From Lama glama (Eukaryota), in assembly GCA_028534125.1 (NCBI GenBank), contig CM052817.1, forward strand, positions 41,232,001 to 41,296,000: a stretch of DNA of 64,000 bases, read 5' to 3'. The notes beneath the pieces are model-generated. The model was not told the DNA's origin. It did no database searches and worked only from the letters and a program-made list of their open reading frames with translations. Positions 59,210 through 64,000 of this stretch are shown piece by piece (position 1 is the first letter of the stretch; every line of letters begins with the position of its first letter). The position numbers and the translations under genes were made by a program.

Positions 59210-59651
59210 CACCCCAAAACTGAGTGGTTTGGCTCTGGGACCTGTGGGTCAGTAATGCAGGGTGGGCTGAGCCGGGCAGTTCTTCTGCTGGTCCAGGCTG
59301 GGCTGGTCCATGTGTCTGTGGGCAACAGGGTTTGGCTGGTTGGTGATGGCCTTCCCTGGAATGTCTAGGATGACTGGACCCTCTTTCCATGTGCTCTCTC
59401 ATCCACTGGCTTATTCACATGGACTTCCAAAGGTCCCAAAGGACAGCAAGAGAGGGCACAGTGCTTTTTAAGTCCCTGTGTATGTTAACTTCTCCGCTGT
59501 TCCATTGGCCAAAGCAAGTCACATGCCCGCGCCCAGGGTAAAGGGGTGGAGAAATAGACTCCGCCTTCTTGTGGGAAGAGCTGCTAAGTCACTTTGCAAA
59601 AGTGCACACATACAGGAAGGGGCAATTCCGTTGCTATTTTTCAATTTACCA
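59210..59651 (-). mobile_element. MLT1 (MaLR) LTR remnant
   Basis: ccattggccaaagcaagtcacatg..ggggtggagaaatagactccgccttcttg..gaagagctgc is a MLT1 hallmark in reverse orientation. Confidence 0.7.
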
Positions 59652-62600
59652 AAATCTCATATGTAAAGGAGAGGAACATGGTTTCTATCCCCTATTCAAG
59701 GGAGCTGTTGAAGTCTTTTAAGCCACGGAGTCATGATCAGATTGGATGGCAAGAGATGTCACTAAGGCAGCTGTCAGAAAGAAGGAAGATTGTCAGGGTG
59801 AGGGGGGAGGTAATGAGAGGGTCAGGGGTGGGTGAGAAATGGTGAAACCTTGTGTCAAGTGAGCAGGAGTGAGGATGGAGTAGAGAGGACAGGGTCAGAT
59901 ATCTTTAGCAGTTACAATGAACAAGTATGGATGAAATCATTGGGGTGCTGGAAAAGAAAACTGGAATTGCAGATTGAAGCCGCTTCCGAATCAGCGTTCC
60001 CAGATTCAGCTGGGCTGTCAGTGCTTCCCTCTTCCCGTGGTCCTTCCAGCCTTCACTTTCAAAAGCCCTTCCGCTCTCACTCCTATTCACTCTCAGCTGA
60101 AGATCTTGCCTCCTGATTGAGGCAATGGGGGAAAACTGAGGTGCACAGGGGAAAATTGAGGTTGACTGGCAAAATCAACCCGGCTTCCATCTTCCTGCAT
60201 CTACTCCCCACCCTCCTCTCTAACTCATCTCCTTCGGCACCCACCAGGGCCATCCAGGTCTCTCCGAAGACGGTCTCTTCCTGCCCAAGGTTAGGACCTC
60301 TCCCTGTGATCTCCATCTCTTCTTCTCCGCTCGCCTTGAATCTTGCTTCATCTCTTTTTACAAACGGTTACTGTCCCTGTTATAAAATTTCAGTATGATG
60401 GAGACCAAGACATTAAATATATTGTAAAGTCATGCTTTCAAATGTTCTCTTATGAGTACAGCTAGTCAACAGTCAATCACTTTAAAAAACAATTTGAACC
60501 TTTTGTACAAATAAGGTGGCCCCAAATGAAGTTTCTTTGTCCCTGATTCCAACTTCAGAACTGTGTGAAAAGGGTTAACTCTCCTCTGAGTCCACACACC
60601 CTATTTTCCTTCTGGGTAACTCTGGCGGTATTTTACCTGAGACATGAAATTGTGGGTGATGTGCTCTGGGGCTCAAAAGAGATGGAAATACTGGAAGAAG
60701 ATCAGAGAGCAAAGAGAGACAGGGCTGAGGGAGTGGGAGGGATTCATTTATGTGGAAACATGAAAGCAGAACTAACTAGGCAATGACTAATGATATGATA
60801 ACTGTCTACAACACCCGTGTGTATGATGTGAATGCCAAGCAGTCATTGCTTCATTCAGCACAAAGATACAATCTGAGCAGTTGCACGGTAGACAAAAAAA
60901 TAAAATAAATTAAAAAAAAAACAGCATTGTTAATTACAGTCACAGACGGAAAAAGGAGAAATTGACATGATTTCACGAAGACAACGTCCTTTCTCTGAGG
61001 ACAACTCCTATCCATTCGTTCCTCTCTTCAGCAAACTTGCAGTACTGGAGCCATAAAGAAGTCAGCTTTCAGCTTTCCCCATCCCACCCGGAGGTCCGAG
61101 CCTCTAACATTTCCTTCATTTCCTGACTGGCCTTCCTGAATCCTCTCCATTCAAGGTTCAGCCAAGAAATTTTATTGCTGATAAGGCCAAAGCAATAGCA
61201 TCCTGATGTAAAATTAAACTCATCTCAGGAAAAATATATATTCCACATAGCATTCAGGTCGACTGTGGATCCTGGAGGCCACCAGCCAAGAGGGGTGTAG
61301 GAGCAGCTGGGCGTCACTCCTGCTGTAAACGCCCACCAGGGCTGAGTCATGGAGGTCAGTACACTCCTCCCAGTCCTCTCGCCCCAGCAACGAATCCTGC
61401 GCTCCTCCCAGGGGACAATGACTCGCCCCTACTGCCATCATCTTCATGGATCTCCAGGGCCAGTGGAAGGTCCACGTCAAAGCAGACATACTGACCGCAC
61501 TGACCGTGCTTTTTTCTAAGGAAATGTATCAGCATCACTGAAGCAAAGGAAATCTCAATTTCACAATTACCCATTCATTCAAAAACGCACACGGAGTGCA
61601 GACAGTGTGCTAGGTTTTTTGCTGGTCGCACAAAGAACACCCCAGACATGGTCTCAGCTCCAAGGAGCTGTGTAAGGGCTGCTTGCTCCACTAGGTACCG
61701 TGACTCAGGACCTGCATTTCACAGCGTCGGTGTCTAAGGCCCCACGTGGAATGATGGATATCGGATGGCCATGGGAGTTGCGCGCGTGGATGGGGCCAAA
61801 CAAAGGGCTTGGTCGTTTAGGGAGGGCTTGGTCGTTCAGAAGCTGTTTGAGCGAGGAACCCCCCAAAGCTTAGTTAATTGTGGAGGGGTGGGAATTAGAG
61901 CTGAAAGATGACTAAATGTGTTATATCAAGCACAGAGAAAGTGTGTCTGAGAATCCTGAGTTAGCTCCCAGTGACAGCTCAGGGCAACCTCCCCACAGCA
62001 TCTTGAACAGAATGGGACCGGGGACTATGGATAAAGGCATAGACGGCTGAACTCTGGAACAGAATGACCAGCTTTCAAAAAAAAACCAAAACAACAACAA
62101 CAACAACAAAAAAAAAACCCGGGTATTGGATGTTGAAGGGGTCTTTACTGCCCTCAAGTGGTGGGACACGGTAGCTCTAAAATAATCGGACAAGATTTAC
62201 TTTTTCTAAACCATAGAAAGGCTGGATGATACTACGTTTGAGAGAGAGGTTTGAATGCATTTCATTAGAGCACCATCCCAGTTTTGGAGCTTGTCCTCTC
62301 TTTATATGTTCTACAGTAGTTGTCACCTGATTTCTACTTCTAAGCTAGATTGTCCCGTTCCTCCAGCTTTAGTTGCCGAAGATTGAATCATTGGAGAAAT
62401 GCTGCCACCTTGTGGGCGATGTGAAAAGAAGCACCGAGGGCGAGCAAGGAACGCTGTAACGTGGTGAGGAGGAAAATTGCGAAGCCGGCAGAAGGAATCT
62501 GACATTTCTGTCCTCCTCTTTGTAAGGAGAGGACGTACAGTGTTTGTGAATTGTAGTTTGGTCACTTCCGTGTGACTCTAGGTACATTAACTTGTTAGCC

Positions 62601-64000
62601 TCGGTTTTTTTATCTGTACAATAGACATCATAACACATGAAGAACACAATACATCTTCATAATTTGCCTCATTATTTGCCTCCTTTCTTGCAAGAGCTTC
62701 TTGCCTTTTTCTATCCCCTAAATAGGAAGAAAGTTCCCTGTTTACACGAATTTGCCCTAAAGCATATGTCACTGCCGTGCTATGTTATAGTTATAGGCAG
62801 CAGTCCATAAAATGCAGGGGGCAAAAATAAGCCTGCATTCGTTTAACTGAACATAATTTTCCAGATCTTGTATCTTCCCTATCCTTTTCTTTGTCCATTT
62901 CTAGCCTTTTGAGTTTGACCCGGTCAAACTGCAGATTCATTTCACCCAGTTCCTGTTTAAAGCCTCCATTGCCACTTCCTCCTCAGGTCACCTTGTGCTG
63001 GTCGTCACTTACTCTCGTCCCCGCCCCCACCGCCGCCCCCCTGCAAAGCAAATCCTGAGCACAGGGGAGCCCCCAGGACCCAAAAGTCACAGGTTTCCTA
63101 GAAAAAAGAGCAAGGACATTGTCTCAATCCTATTTACTTAAGGACATGGAACCCCTGCTTATCTACGCTTCTTCCTGTTTTTCACGGTGGTGCAGGGAGA
63201 AACAGATAATAAAACTGGAAAAATAATTTTTAGGAAATCATATTTTAGACCATGAAATGGGGCCATTGATTTCTATTTTCCAAATAAACACTTCGAAAGA
63301 TGGGAACCAATGAAGTGGAAACCTAAGAAGTTCCTATATGACTTTATTTCCCAAAAGATTTTACTTACTTCCTGCAGGTCCCAAGTGCCTCCTGCCTTCT
63401 TTAATAGTATGGTAGTTTAGCATAACACGGATTCCCAAACCCTATCTGGCAGATCTTGGGGGCTCCGGATTTTCTGGGGAGACGCTCCCCTCTTCCAGTG
63501 GCCAGCAGAGGGAGGCCCGCAGCTTTCTTGTGAGAGGAGGCCTTGGCCTCAGCCCGGGATCTCCTTGGCCTCAGCTTCTTCCATTTCCACAGACCCTTCT
63601 CCCTGTAAGACTCTTAGCTGTGCTCATCTTCAGTTTTCAACAGAAGAAGAAGAGAATCACAGATGCTTCAGCCTAAGAGGGACCAGCCCTATTTGCAAAT
63701 ATATTTCTTGGGAAACACTTGGCCTCAGCGTTGAGTTTTAGGTAAATGCAGAATTAAGAGCAATTACATAATCAAGCCATTTCTGTGTCAAGTGTAGGAA
63801 TCACTGAGAGGTGAAGATTGTGTCTAAGTGGGATTTCTAAGAGGTCTTTGAAAATTACCTTGCAAAGTTTACACTTTGCATAGGTAAGGCAGGTGAACGG
63901 TCTGGCCGCATAGTATTTGTTACCTCTCAGTGTTTTGTTACGACACGTTACCTTTAGGGAGAGGGGACCTGGTCTCCATTACTGCCTTGAGGTTCCCATT

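Noticed and set aside
61220..61574. Minus-strand ORFs in a moderately GC-rich patch
   Set aside because: No recognisable protein similarity or convincing exon chain; at most an AP-1-containing (TGAGTCA 61343-61349) regulatory patch.
45000..64000. A second protein-coding gene or processed pseudogene downstream
   Set aside because: None of the listed ORFs resembles a protein I recognise; the region is dominated by repeat relics.

Overview
Mammalian genomic DNA, not prokaryotic. It is most likely camelid, judged from the tRNA-derived Vic-1-type SINEs and cetartiodactyl L1 3' ends. The window holds one complete protein-coding gene on the + strand, RASGEF1B (RasGEF domain family member 1B). It has a CpG-island promoter and non-coding exon 1 (~6.6-7.4 kb) and 13 coding exons (18416-43519) with GT-AG introns, which I joined by hand into an intact 472-aa ORF, followed by a 3' UTR. 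The rest is intronic or intergenic DNA with SINE, L1, L2/MIR, ERV/MaLR LTR and hAT (MER) relics; nearly all ORF-track entries are spurious. I see no new multi-gene system. Best leads: (1) the exon 2-4 back-splice circle is 444 nt and stop-free in the AUG frame (rolling-circle ORF); (2) a 26-bp PU.1/NF-kB/GAS composite in intron 1; (3) a GAS-bearing MER41-like LTR downstream; (4) a polyproline alternative frame/dORF just after the stop; (5) apparent loss of a NAGNAG acceptor at exon 5; (6) a SINE with a 3'-transduced tag. Repeat family names and human comparisons are from memory and need database confirmation.
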